33,411 bases of DNA from Guillardia theta CCMP2712. Its lineage: Eukaryota; Protista; Cryptophyta. Of the stretch, positions 11,250-32,011 are shown piece after piece; positions within the stretch are counted from its first letter, which is position 1; each line of letters opens with the position of its first letter. Made by a program: the position numbers and the translations under genes. The notes beneath the pieces are model-generated. The model saw only the letters and a program-made list of their open reading frames with translations, made no database searches and had not been told where the DNA came from. Location: contig NW_005434577.1 of the NCBI RefSeq assembly GCF_000315625.1, positions 1 to 33,411 of the forward strand. Reading direction: 5' to 3'.

Positions 11250-11491
11250 CATCCTCGACCCGAGCAGGAAATTCTCTTGAGGACATTGCAGACATGAACA
11301 TGAAGCTTTCACACACTCAAGACATTCTCCCTCCTATCAAGACTTGCAATGAAGGAAAATCCCAACACAAGTCCGACAAAACCATTCCTTCTCTTCGACT
11401 CAGACAGATGAATGCTCTACGACATGCAATCGACATGATCACGAGCAAGAATGCATTCAAAAATTCGCTGGGAGACAGCGTGCACATGTAA
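11250..11491 (+). CDS. Small unknown protein, paralog C (last exon; diverged, inverted copy)
   Basis: After acceptor ttgccctag it reads ...PSLRLRQMNALRHAIDMITSKNAFKNSLGDSVHM*, aligning without gaps to the A/B motif. Confidence 0.6.
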
Positions 11492-12349
11492 AATAGGACT
11501 GATAGAAATGTATCAAAGTGTGAGTGATGTTAATAGATTTCAGAGCAGAAAACCTCTCAATGTTTCCATGGTAGCATGTCACACCTACACCCGGCCAGGA
11601 GGAGAGGGACGATATCTGTTGAGATGTCCAGAGAGCATCGGTCTTCTGGAATGCGTGTCATTCTCCAATCGCGTCCGCCCTCACAACCTTCACGAACGTG
11701 ATACATTGGATGTCACATGAACAAAGCCCCTATCGTGCCGGTTACAAAATTACATCCCACCCATGTCTTCACTCCATCCAGCTCCACTCTCAGTCCATAT
11801 GAGCCAAGAAAGGAGAAAAACAGGTCAACAACAGGCTGGTCGTTCAGCAGAATGGACGAAAGACGCGATTGATTTCATATGAAGTTTATTGTCATTCTGT
11901 AAGATAACTTGGAAGAGATCAAGAAACGACCTGATCCAACAAACTTGAGAGTATACAAGCACCCGCGTTGGGATGTTGTTAACGAACAATAAATCGGGGA
12001 TAACTTGAAAGATTTCTCGTAAAAAAAATAAAGGTGAAACAGTTTACAAAGAGATTTTCTTATTATGAACTCTAAAGCATGCAAACATTGACTTGAGTGT
12101 CTTCAATTTCCGGCCTCTATGAGCACATATACGTATCAAGAATGAGCTCTAAGGAGGTAGAGAAAAGGTAGAGAGGTTGCGAGACTGAGACGAAGGGAGG
12201 GGGGGATGGGAACGATGGAGGGAGGGAGGGGGACGGGGACGGGGACAGGGACAGGGACGGGGACGGGGACAGGGACAGGGACAGGGACAGGGACACAGTA
12301 CAAGGAGAGGAGGAGATTGTTTGATAATTGCAGCACCCCCCCTGCTCGT

Positions 12350-12880
12350 CTGGGAATGGGGGTGGGGTGTGATAGATTCTTTTTCAGGGGGGTAGGGATG
12401 TTTCAAGACAGGTGGAAATGGTGGGTAATATGAAGTTATAAAGAGGGGTCAAAGTTCGAGATGGTGGGGTGGGTACGAATATGGGGTGGAGTAGTTTCAT
12501 CTGAGTTTGTTCTGTCGTCGTTCCTTTAGCATGTGGGGTAGGGTTCGATATTGTGGGGTGGGGTATGTAAAGGAGGGGGTATTCTCAAAATGACCTTGTG
12601 AAAAGGGGTTTCAATTAGGGAATTTCTGTGTGATAAGGTAAGGGTATAGTACTTCAAAGAAAAACCTTTATTAGGTAGGGTAGTATGGAAAGAGGGTGGG
12701 GGGTGATTCCTTAAGAAAAGCACTCCTGCAGGGTGGGGTACCTGAATTTTTTTTCGATGGAAAATCTACGAGTTGGGGAAACATTGCAACCATTATAGTC
12801 AATTGAAAGTAGGAAAAAGTGGGTGGGGTACTCAAAATAGTTATCAAGGGGGTTATTTGAACCCTTAATATAGGGGTCTA
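12350..12880 (+). promoter_or_regulatory. GGGGT motif cluster 3, G-rich on +
   Basis: More than a dozen ggggtggggt, ggggtaggg and gggtggggta words with AT-rich spacers, ending ~70 bp before the MFS start codon. Confidence 0.6.
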
Positions 12881-12951
12881 TAATCTGTCGAGCTCGAGGT
12901 GATGGGTAAATGTTGGAAGTTGTGAAGTATTGTAGTCAAGTTGTCGGAGAG

Positions 12952-15134
<2,183 letters not shown>

Positions 15135-15148
15135 GACAAATGAGCTCG

Positions 15149-15863
15149 TCAGGAGGAGGAGGAGGAGGATTTTTCTACTGAAACCTCTCGGTAGTGCTGC
15201 ATCATTTTCTCGGTCTCTTTGCAATTTTCCGGTTGCTCGAATTCTTGCATGTTTTCATCGTTTTTCCTGTAGTCTATGATATGAAAACATCCGTGTACAA
15301 CATCTTGTTGTTTCACTTCATTCAATACAACAAAGTTTACATAAGCATTAATTTCATCAAACATTCATCACTCCAGATTTCTATCGTAATCATCTCCATC
15401 CTCCTCCCTGCTCCCCCTCCTCCTCCCCCTTCTCCTTCCTATGCAAGCCTCACACAGCAGCCGAAGGAAACGACGACATCTAACGTTCTGTCACTTTCTC
15501 CTCCCTTCGACTCATCACATCTCACCTCCTGTACTTTCTCCTTCGCCCACAGTTCAAGCGCTTTCCTCCCCGCCTCCCGCGCCGCCCCCAGCGCCTCCTG
15601 CAGTTGCTTCCACCAACGTTTTCCCTCCAGCTCTGCTACCATCGTCAGCCTCCCTCCTTTCCTCTCTCCTCTTCTCCTCTCTCCTCCTCTCCCTTCCTCT
15701 CCTCTCCTCCCCTCCCTTCCTCTCCTCTCCTCTCCTCTCCGCTCCGCTCCCCTCACCTCCTCTNNNNNNNNNNNNNNNNNNNNNNNNNNNNNNNNNNNNN
15801 NNNNNNNNNNNNNNNNNNNNNNNNNNNNNNNNNNNNNNNNNNNNNNNNNNNNNNNNNNNNNNN

Positions 15864-15902
<39 letters not shown>

Positions 15903-16359
15903 CGGTCCTTCACCTGCCGCATCCATCGGGCAAATCTGCTTTGAACTCGCCGATAAAAGACTCTCCCTCCTCCTCCCACCGCTGAATTCCAAGCCCCTCC
16001 CTGACGGGGCAGAAAACAAGAAGCAAGGGAAGAGAAGGGAGAGGAGGAGGAAAAGCGAGAGGAGTGGAAGGAAGAGAAGGGAGGGTCAGGAGTAAACGAA
16101 AAAGGAGGAGAGCAGCAGGAGGAGGAGGAGGAGAAGGAGGAGGAGAAGGAGGAGGAGCAGGAGATAAAGAAGCGCTGTGGAGTGGGAAAGAGGAGCAGAA
16201 AAGAGGAGAGAGTTTGATACCTGCTATTTCCGTTTCTTCCGCCGGTATAGAGGGGAGGGATTGAAAGTTCACTGAAACAAGATGAGGGAGGAGGAGGTAA
16301 AGGTTGATCACTGACATTGTTTCCCTTCCTACCCCCATCGGCTCGTCGGACGACGACAT
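15149..16359 (-). CDS. MORN-repeat-containing protein, interrupted by the assembly gap; 3' end uncertain
   Basis: Exon ~15914-16000 encodes EGLGIQRWEEEGESFIGEFKADLPDGCG (MORN pattern). An exon beyond the gap encodes WWKQLQEALGAAREAGRKALELWAKEKVQE. Candidate ATG at 16359 is followed by a GT donor. Confidence 0.55.
15764..15863. other. Assembly gap (100 N) between a (CCTCT)n and a (GCA)n microsatellite
   Basis: Run of N. Confidence 1.
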
Positions 16360-16676
16360 TTCACTTGTGTTTGCAAAGATATTCTGAACGACAGATAGAC
16401 AAACAGACAGAAAGATAGACAGCGGGAGTGAGAGAGGGCGGGGGAGGGAGGGAGGGAGGGAAGAAGAAGAAGAAGAAGAAGGTCAGAGCAACTGTGTGAA
16501 TGCGGAGAGCACAACAATGCAGCGACAAGAACGACCACTCAAGATATGATACACAACATCATGGAAAGATTCTCAACACTTAGTACGAAAGCTTAGCTGT
16601 CACCAAACAAACAGGGCTGTCACTAGCAAGACAAGACAAGTTTCTTGCACTCCTGCAAACACATTCTCATTCTATC

Positions 16677-24060
<7,384 letters not shown>

Positions 24061-24269
24061 CTTTTCTTCAAGATGGTCTATTTCTTTTCAAAATTCCCCA
24101 CCTCTCCTCCCCTCCCCTCCTCTTCTCCCCTCCTCATCGTCTGCATCCTCCTGCCCCCCCCCCCCCCTACTCCTCTCCATTCCTCCTGCCTGAAAGCATT
24201 TTTGATCCACTAGTCGCATGCCGCGTATGTTGGTAGACCATGTGTTACCGGTCCTGCACAGTAGAAATG

Positions 24270-24525
24270 TAGGGGTACTCATTTTTAAGGGGTGGGAGTA
24301 CCCTCTAGGAAAACGAAGGGGTGGAGAAAGCTATGATGAAGGGGTGAAGGTAGGATAGCAGGGGTTATTGGACGGGGGTAGGGGTAGAAATCAGTGGAAA
24401 AAGTGGGGTGGTATAGATGGAATATCAGGGGTACATTTTAGAGAAAAACGTTAAGTATTGTGGGTAGGGTTATGACATTGACGGGGGTGGAAAAATATTG
24501 CTCTCTAAACTGGGGTAGGGGTGGT
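24270..24525 (+). promoter_or_regulatory. GGGGT motif cluster 4, G-rich on +
   Basis: About 12 ggggt(a/g) words in ~255 bp, between the RECQL4 5' region and the + strand coding-like segment. Confidence 0.55.
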
Positions 24526-24669
24526 TGGCGACGGTTCGCAATGTTCCAGATCAAGCAGCAGGTACGATGAAGAGGAGGGGGGGGAGGCAAAGGAGGAGGA
24601 GGAGGAGGAGGAGGGAGAGGAAGAGGGAGAAGAAGAGGAAGAGGAGGTTGAAGGGGTGAGTCGATGTTG

Positions 24670-25557
24670 AGGATCTCGATGAAGGACAGATACAGAAAGA
24701 CGATCGAGAAGCATTTGGGTACAACGAGAATGTTGTTTGGAATATGGGGATGATTTTAGCAACGGAAACTATTAGAATGAACATATGATGATCGAAGATC
24801 TACGACATAGCATATATTTCATTTGAGATTAGGATGCCTTTGTGAGACATCATGTAAGAATGAAATAGAAGTTTGGAGGCGAGTAATATGACGGGTGAGG
24901 TATGAATGTGCTATGATGAGATGATAAGGATGTTTCATGCTAATCAAGAAGATACGCCTCCGAGGAGAAAAGAGGAGGAAAATTATATGTTGACCGTGAC
25001 CGTCTGAGATAACGATCGTAAGGGAGTTGATGAGAAAGAGAACGGAGGGAATTGAAACACTGAAATATGTTGTGTTACAAGAAGATAACAATTTGCTGAG
25101 CGTTTGGAACTTAGAATGCAACACAAACAGAGAGAACTAGACGCTTCAAGCGTCAAGATATGCAATGTTGCGAATGAGAGTTGAAGAGCTCGTAGAAGGT
25201 CAGATGAGACGGAGATCGACTTGTGCAGCAATGAGATTAATAGCAATTTCATGAACAGACAAGATGGTTGTGATGTAAATTGAGAGAGACGGTGGAATGT
25301 ACGGGAGGGGGCAGGAGGTTAGACAGGATGTAGGAGGTGTGTGATAGCGAGACAGAAGAGGGTTCAAGAGGACACTTGACAAAATTGCGACTGACTCTCC
25401 TGCTCCCATCGTTCTGATCATTCTCGTTGAGCAGACCACGGAACTGGCCGATGCCTGGCTGAAGAGGAAGCTAGCGGAGAACAGCGTTATCTTCGGGCAC
25501 AGAGTCGGTTGCATTCCAACCAACATCTTGCATGCGAACAAGACTTATCTTGTTTAA
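24670..25557 (+). pseudogene. Fragmented coding-like region (decayed gene or unresolved small-exon gene)
   Basis: Purine-rich protein-like pieces (QFAERLELRMQHKQRELD) and a plausible terminal exon 25435-25557 after ..ctgatc..gagcag. I could not build a stop-free model. Confidence 0.3.
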
Positions 25558-25775
25558 AGACAAGTTAGGACAGATAGATTAAAGTTTTTTTTCTCAGCTT
25601 GCCTCATGTGACGATGACCTGGATGTCAAACAGCACGCATGTAAGACGACAACGTGAGAAAGAGAACCAAACGTGCTCTCCCCCACCTGACAAATCCTAA
25701 ATTTGCTCTGTGGTGGGCGTGCAAGTTCGTACTCCCCTGCAAGCACCCAGCTCAGCTGAAGTTGGAGGTGAAAAT

Positions 25776-28734
25776 TTACCTATGACAAAGTCGAGGTCCA
25801 GCCAGGTAGAGAGGGACAAGTCTTTCCTGTCAACAAGTGTCAGGGTTGAGTCAATTGCACATATTGCTGAAGGTGAGAACGAAGTACAACATCGCTGAAA
25901 GGGACGACAGACACTCTCAACACCAGGGGACGAGCAGCATGAATCAAGGTTCGCATCATCGATCAAAGTTGGCTGCCATACATCAAACTTCACATTCATG
26001 AGTTCAAACATGACATTCATCTTTCAGAGTTCAACATCTTAGCCGTTCATCCTCACCCGTAGATCTCATCCGCTATCTTCATCGCCACTGACTTGGCGAC
26101 CAACCTGCCGTTGGGAAGTGCGCAAGGAGGATCGTCTTCATCCATAACCTGAAGGCTCACATTCACTTCCAATGAGATTTTTGCTCTCCCCTCCTCTCCC
26201 CTCCCCTCCCCTTTCCTTCCTCCTCTCCTCTCCTCTCCTCTCCTCTCCTCTCCTCTCCAGTCCTCTCCTCTCCAGTCCTCTCCTCTCCTCTCCTCTCCTC
26301 TCCTCTCCTCTCCTCTCCAGTCCTCTCCTCTCCTCTCCTCTCCTCTCCTGTCTCCTCTCCTCTCCTCTCCAGTCCTCCTCCTCCACTCTCCTCTCCTCTC
26401 CTCGTCTCCTCTCGTCTCCTCTCGTCTCCTCTCCTCTCCTCTCCTCTCCTCTCCTCTCCTCTCGCTCTCTCCTCTTCCCTACTCTCCCATCCCATCCCTC
26501 CTCTCCTCCTTCTCCCCCACCTTCCGGGTGTAACTGCAGAGCATGACAGAGTTCGAGACGGCCCTACAAGCTCATGAGCGACAAGAAGCAGACGCGTGCG
26601 AGTGACATCATGGGAAGATCCTTTGCAATCCGGTAGAAGGCACGATGTAGAGGGTCTCGGTTCCTGCAGCCAGCATCCCATCAGGCATCAGAGAGCAGGG
26701 AGAGCATGGCAATGGTCTACATCATTCGCCTCCTACCCTTCCTGCATCAACAATGTGCGATCAGACGAGGAGAAGGCGGGAAGCAGCATCAGACTTCACC
26801 TTGACACTGGTGCCATACATCGCAGCTTGTCCCTTTCCTCCTTACTCTCTTTCCCTTCCTTGCTCCCCGGCTGTTTGAAATCTTCCTCGTCCACCTGAGG
26901 CTTGACGTAGCTGGGAGAATACTGGTTCTTGGTCTTGAGAGCTGCCGTCATGTCAGGAGGGAGCGAGGGAGCGAGGGAGCGAGGGAGCGAGGGAGCGAGG
27001 GAGCGAGGGAGCGAGGGAGCGAGGGAGCGAGGGAGCGAGGGAGCGAGGGAGCGAGGGGTACCGAGGAGTCCCATGGCGAACAAGGAGGGGAGGAGAGGGT
27101 ACGACTGGCTCGAGCATCCACCGTGGATCAGATAAGCGTGCTTGAGAAGAGTCAGAACCAAACAAGATCAGGACGAGGAGGAGGAAAGCAAGGCGGGGGG
27201 GAGTATGAGAACGACGATGGGAACGAGGAAGAAGAAGAGGAAGAGGAAGAGGAAGAGGAAGAGGAAGAGGAAGAGACAAACTTCACCTTCTTGAGTGAGT
27301 CTTGCAGTTGTGTCCATCGAATGTCACCATACAATCTTCGAGCCTGCATGAGATTTGATTCATGATCGAGTGAGAGAAGCTAGGAGAGAGCTAGAAGAGA
27401 AGGTAGAGGAAAAGAGGGTATGAGGGGAGAAATGAAGAGGGTCGAGGAGAGGAGAGAGGGAGGAAAGGGAAGCAGACAAGAGAGGCAGGGAGAGAAGGAG
27501 GCAAAGAGGGAGGGCAGAGAGAGGGAGAGACCCAATCAAACTCCGAGTGAGGCTTGAAGAGGAGGAGCCAGAAGCTTGATCGAACTGCTAGAGAGCTTGC
27601 TTCAGCTATCCCCGTCCAAGGCTTCTCCTTCAGCTTCTCCTTCAGCTTCTCAACCTCCACACCATCCACAGGGAAACGCCTCATGTTGACATCGTTGAGC
27701 AGCAGCTGGGGGAATGCTGGGGAATCCTGCGACAACTCGTCGTACCACCAGCGGACGAAGTCGCAAGCGGCGGCATGGTCGCCCCTGTAGCAGAGCTGCT
27801 GCACTTGCTGCAGGTGCGTCTGAGAGATCAGCATCATGGTCGAGTCATGCTGCAGGAGCTTCTCTTTATGCTTGTTGCACCACTTCAGCAGCCCCAGCAG
27901 GTCCCCACCTTGAAGTGACTGCAACACGCGATAGGCCTTCTCGTACTGATGAAGCGACTTGGAGAGCTGGATACCACTGGCCTGAGCCAGCACTGCCGCC
28001 TTATCAACCTCGAGCAAGCTCAGACAGAAGTCAATGTACAACATGTCCATCTTCCGATCGTCCCTCTTCTTCATCTCCTTCTTGGACAGCTTGATGGACT
28101 TTTTCTCCTTGAGCCCTTGGAGGTACTCCTGGAGCTCGTCGACGATCTTGCTGTTCAGTAGGAAGTTCAGCTGGTGCAGGATCTCGTCTGCCTTCTTGAA
28201 CTTTTTCAGGGCTAAGATCGCTATCCCCAGGTTGACAGTCAACGTCAGCCGCATTTCCTTGACTTTCTTCTCGAACTCTTCCATCATGGCCGCTGGCGGG
28301 TTCGACATATCATCGCACTCAGCCTCACCGGCGAAGTTCATGACCTCGTCAAAGGAAGCCTGAGAGCTCGCGATCGCATGCTGTATCATGGCAGAGCCAT
28401 GGTCAAGCAGCTTGTCCGCAAGCTTGCAGAGGCTCTTGGTCGTCGTTGTCAGGTCCTCGTAGAAGGTTTTCCAGTAGGTGATCTCCATATCATACGCGAT
28501 GTCATCCTGCTGCTCGCCTTCTACGTCTCCCCATCCTCGCTGCTCAAACTCGCTGCTTTCATCAGAAGCGGAGCTCGTGCTCGCTGAGCAGCCGCCCCTC
28601 AGCCTCTCCAGCCTCAACGCCGCATGGCGCCTTGGAACGTGTCGCGCTGTCCATGGATCGTGCGGTTCACCTCTGCCCATGAAGCATAGCGTGCATAACA
28701 CCAGCATCACTGCCGAAACTCCCTGGCGGGTCAT
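25776..28734 (-). CDS. MAEA/Gid9(Fyv10)-like CTLH-complex E3 ligase subunit with N-terminal signal peptide and RLRGG leader; last exons provisional
   Basis: LisH-like MDMLYIDFCL..AAVLAQASGI; CTLH-like VLQSLQGGDLLGLLKWCNKHKEKL; CRA-like LYGDIRWTQL..LFAMGLLALKT; then DPLHRAFYRIAKDLP, SVMLCSYTRK and VMDEDDPPCALPNG (degenerate RING region), all on successive GT-AG exons. Confidence 0.75.
26958..27057 (+). repeat. (GAGCGAGG)n octanucleotide repeat filling an intron
   Basis: About 12 perfect units. Confidence 0.95.
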
Positions 28735-29104
28735 TTCTTTTCCGCTCCACCCAGTTGCAAACTCTCCAGCAATGTCAGGTTCCCCTCCTATACTCTAAGG
28801 TATATCCATCAGCCCGTCCTATCTTTGTCGTTCTTCCTCCATGGTGCAAGGCTCGTGTTTCTCTGCCTCCTCCTGCATGCTCACCAGCACCTCGTCATCC
28901 TTACTCCCTTGGCCGTCGGTTGTCAGCCTGTCTACTGTCCGCTCCGTCCCTCCCTTCTCCCCTCTTCTTCCTCCGCTCTCCTCCCTCTCCTCCCTCTCCT
29001 CCCTCTCCTCCCTCTCTCTTTCCCTCTCTCTCTCTCGCTCGCTCCTCGCCTCTTCTATCTCCGGCTCTGCCTTGGCACCATTGACTCCCTTGATCGACTT
29101 GATC

Positions 29105-29250
29105 ACCACCCCTGCCAGATAGGAATCACCCACCCTTGTATCACGGATTCCTTTTGACTACCGGTACTTGGCTAATGAAAAAATGTAATGAATACCTACC
29201 CCAAACACCACCCACATTGAAGATCACCCCTGGATGGTAGTACCCCACCT
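29105..29250 (-). promoter_or_regulatory. GGGGT motif cluster 5, G-rich on - (short)
   Basis: On +: caccacccct, cacccaccc, tacctacccc, caccacccac, tcacccct, taccccacc. Upstream of the - strand gene starting at 28734. Confidence 0.45.
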
Positions 29251-29484
29251 CACAATACAGGTATGAGAGAGTAGTCGTATCCTCCAGTCGGGCATGCAGT
29301 GCAGAGAAGGGGAGGAGAGTAGAGGGAATACGAGCGTCACAAGAGAGGGAAGGGGAGGAGAGGGAGAGAGAGGAGGGGATCGATTCACAGTTTGCCAACT
29401 CCTCAAGATCTTGTGGAAGCATTAGGGTTTTCCGAGAGCACAAGCACATAGGTGGTAAAAAGTTTCTTCTTTTATCAAGAGCGT

Positions 29485-30669
29485 TCAATCCTCGTGAAGA
29501 GTAGTTGTTAAGAAGTAGTATGATGCATGCGATGCCGACAGCACCAGGTGAAAGGAACACGGATTGGGCCCAGTCAACATGTTTAAGCGATGTAGTCCTG
29601 TCCAGTGCTTAGCACAGCAGCCAATCAGCACATTTCACTTACGATTCCACGAGAGCCGGGAGGTCCAGGAGGTCCAGGAGGTCCGTCCTGACCGGGCGCT
29701 CCCTGGAGGAGCGAGGAGAAGAGGAGGAGGAAGAGGAGCGAGGAAGAGACGAGGAAGAGATGTCAGCACGATAGAACAGCATGCACAACAAGACACACCG
29801 AAGGTCCTCTCGCTCCCTCAGGGCCCTTGAGGCCATCCGTTCCGGGGGATCCCGGCGGGCCCTCCGCGCCCATGGGGCCAGGGTTTCCAGGAGTGGACTG
29901 CGAGACGTCAGCGAGAAGAGCAGGAGAGCGGTCAGCCTACCGATCCTGGAGGTCCCGGCGGCCCTTGCATCCCGTCCTTGCCGCGCAGACCTGCTGGGCC
30001 ATCCCAGCCGGGAGGTCCGGTGGTGCCCTTCTTCCCTGGCACTCCTCGCTTCCCCCTATCTCCCATCGGGCCCTGGGGGCCAGTCACGCCCTTGGGTCCC
30101 TTGGCTCCCTGTTCTCCCTGCTCTCCCTGCTCTCCCTGAGGCCCTTGCGGGCCTTCCTCTCCCTTGTCGCCCACGAAGCCCTGGGGTCCGGGAATGCCGG
30201 GAGGTCCCATGGCACCCTGAGGACCCATCTGTCCTCGGAAGCCCCTCGGGCCCCGCATGCCGGGGGTTCCCTGCTTCACTTGAATGTCGACCTTGGTGGC
30301 AGCATCCAGGGACTTGTAGAAGCTCTCTTCCTCCTCCTGGAACGCCATTGTCTCCTTGAGGATCTTCTCGAGCTTGTCCTTCTCCGGGTCCGAGTCGAAG
30401 TCCCGAACCCCCGCCATGTCGCGGATGTTGGAGACGTCGTCCTTGGCCCCGTCGATCCCTTCAGTCACTCCTGACTCGGCTCCAAAGTCGATGCTGTTTG
30501 GAGAAGAAGACGATTCGTCTTCTCCATATAGCATCTGCCTCCTAGAAGACTTCAAGTACGTGACCTCGGGAGAGTCTGGCCGTTGCAACAGGCTGACAAG
30601 GGTCACTGCTACTACGAACATGACCGAAAATGCTGCAAAAGGATAGTAGATCCTTTTGACCTGCAGCAT
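29485..30669 (-). CDS. Type II membrane-anchored (or secreted) collagen-like protein; last exon provisional
   Basis: N-terminal hydrophobic helix FAAFSVMFVVAVTLVSLL, an acidic linker, 36 uninterrupted Gly-X-Y triplets, one interruption (GSSTP), then 16 more triplets over two further exons. Confidence 0.85.
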
Positions 30670-31299
30670 TTTGGCGACAAGCTGCAAAGCAAGAAAGGAT
30701 CAGAGATCGGAGACAAACTCTCGGCCGAGGCATTTAGATTGGTTCAACGCTCCTTCGCTACAACATTGCAGTGTTTCCCAAGAAGTCATCGTGTGAGAGA
30801 AGATCTGGTCATCTCACCTCTATGAGCCTACAATATAAACAAATGGCTCCCTGAACTTTCTTTCCCTGTTCTAAAGATCTTCTTTGTGGAAACCTCCTCA
30901 TTGGACATTGTCGATCCAACCTCTACGCATTAACCAAAACCCTTCAATCACTCGCAATCACTTTCAGCTCGAATTATATCAGTGATATCCTTGTATGCTC
31001 TGTCAACCTTGCCCATTCTTTCTCGTCTTGAAACAATTTCCTACAGCACAACTACCACCTCCCTGTCCCCGCGGCTTTCCTCTCCCTCGAACTTGACTCA
31101 TGACGTTTATCCATATTCACATATCCTCTCCGCTCTGATATCTCCCACACGAGCCATGCCTTCTGTCTCCATGACTTGTCTACGTACATCTCTCCTCTCC
31201 TCTCCATCATGCTCCCCTTTCCCGCAGCTGCCGAACTCCCACTCCCCGCCTCAAGCATTTGGACCATCGGCGAAGAGACAACTGGCGGGGTAAGGTCAA

Positions 31300-31525
31300 T
31301 GACTACCCCTACCTACATAATTCAATGATTACCGGTGATATATTTTATCACCCGGTACTTTGATTTGAATTTGTTACGAAAATGGAGGGTACAGACAGAC
31401 CTTGTTCAGAACACACCCCTCCTTTTGATTCCTCCACCATCTCATCTACCACCCCCACCCCCTCTCGGCACACATTGTCTGAAGTACCCACACACCCCTA
31501 GAATCCACATCAATCACCCCTCCGT
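31300..31525 (-). promoter_or_regulatory. GGGGT motif cluster 6, G-rich on -
   Basis: On +: taccctacctac, cacacccctcc, taccacccccaccccct, tacccacacaccccta, tcacccctcc. Upstream of the collagen-like gene. Confidence 0.5.
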
Positions 31526-31539
31526 GGCTGATGCGCAAT

Positions 31540-31970
31540 TATTACTTTACGGTCAAAGTTGGCCGCCGGGCTGTGGCCCTAGCCGGCGGCGGGCACTGAG
31601 TCACGCGGCACGCCGGCCCACCGGTGGCGGTGCCCGGCCGGGCCCGGCTGACGCAGCACCTCCATGTGTCCTTCCCTGCTTGCTGCATGCGCGCATGTAC
31701 TACCGTACCGTCCTTGTGTTTGCAAGTTCGCCCCGACAAGTCCTCGTACTGATTTTTGACTTAACTAGTACGGTTCAAGCCCTTGAGTAAAGGGCGGGGC
31801 AGACTCCGGCGGATTGACTGAGCCGTCCGATCTGAGTCTAGTGCGGCTCGGATCGAGTCAGAGTCTGATGCCGATGGGCCAGCCCGGCACTACGGGCAGC
31901 TCAGGGATTCAAAAAGGCGTGTCAGTTTGCCGCAAAGTTTGGTGGCAGTCACCGGGTACGGCCAGCCTAC
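31540..31970. other. GC/CpG-rich intergenic island containing copy 2 of the 27-bp motif
   Basis: Same word usage (ccgg, cggc, gagtc/gactc, actgag) as 2090-2460. Confidence 0.55.
31740..31766 (-). repeat. 27-bp motif copy 2 (AGTTAAGTCAAAAATCAGTACGAGGAC on -), with TTTACTCAA at 31791-31783
   Basis: Reverse complement is 26/27 identical to 2478-2504. Confidence 0.9.
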
Positions 31971-32011
31971 TAGAGTTTGTTGGAAACATTTACTCAACCA
32001 GATCTGCCAGG

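Noticed and set aside
12350-12880. Interstitial telomeric repeat
   Set aside because: There is no fixed tandem unit; G words are separated by variable AT-rich spacers.
29141-29560. 139-aa ORF as the C-terminal domain of the collagen-like protein
   Set aside because: No recognisable motif and no supported splice path into this frame; it runs through low-complexity DNA and G cluster 5.
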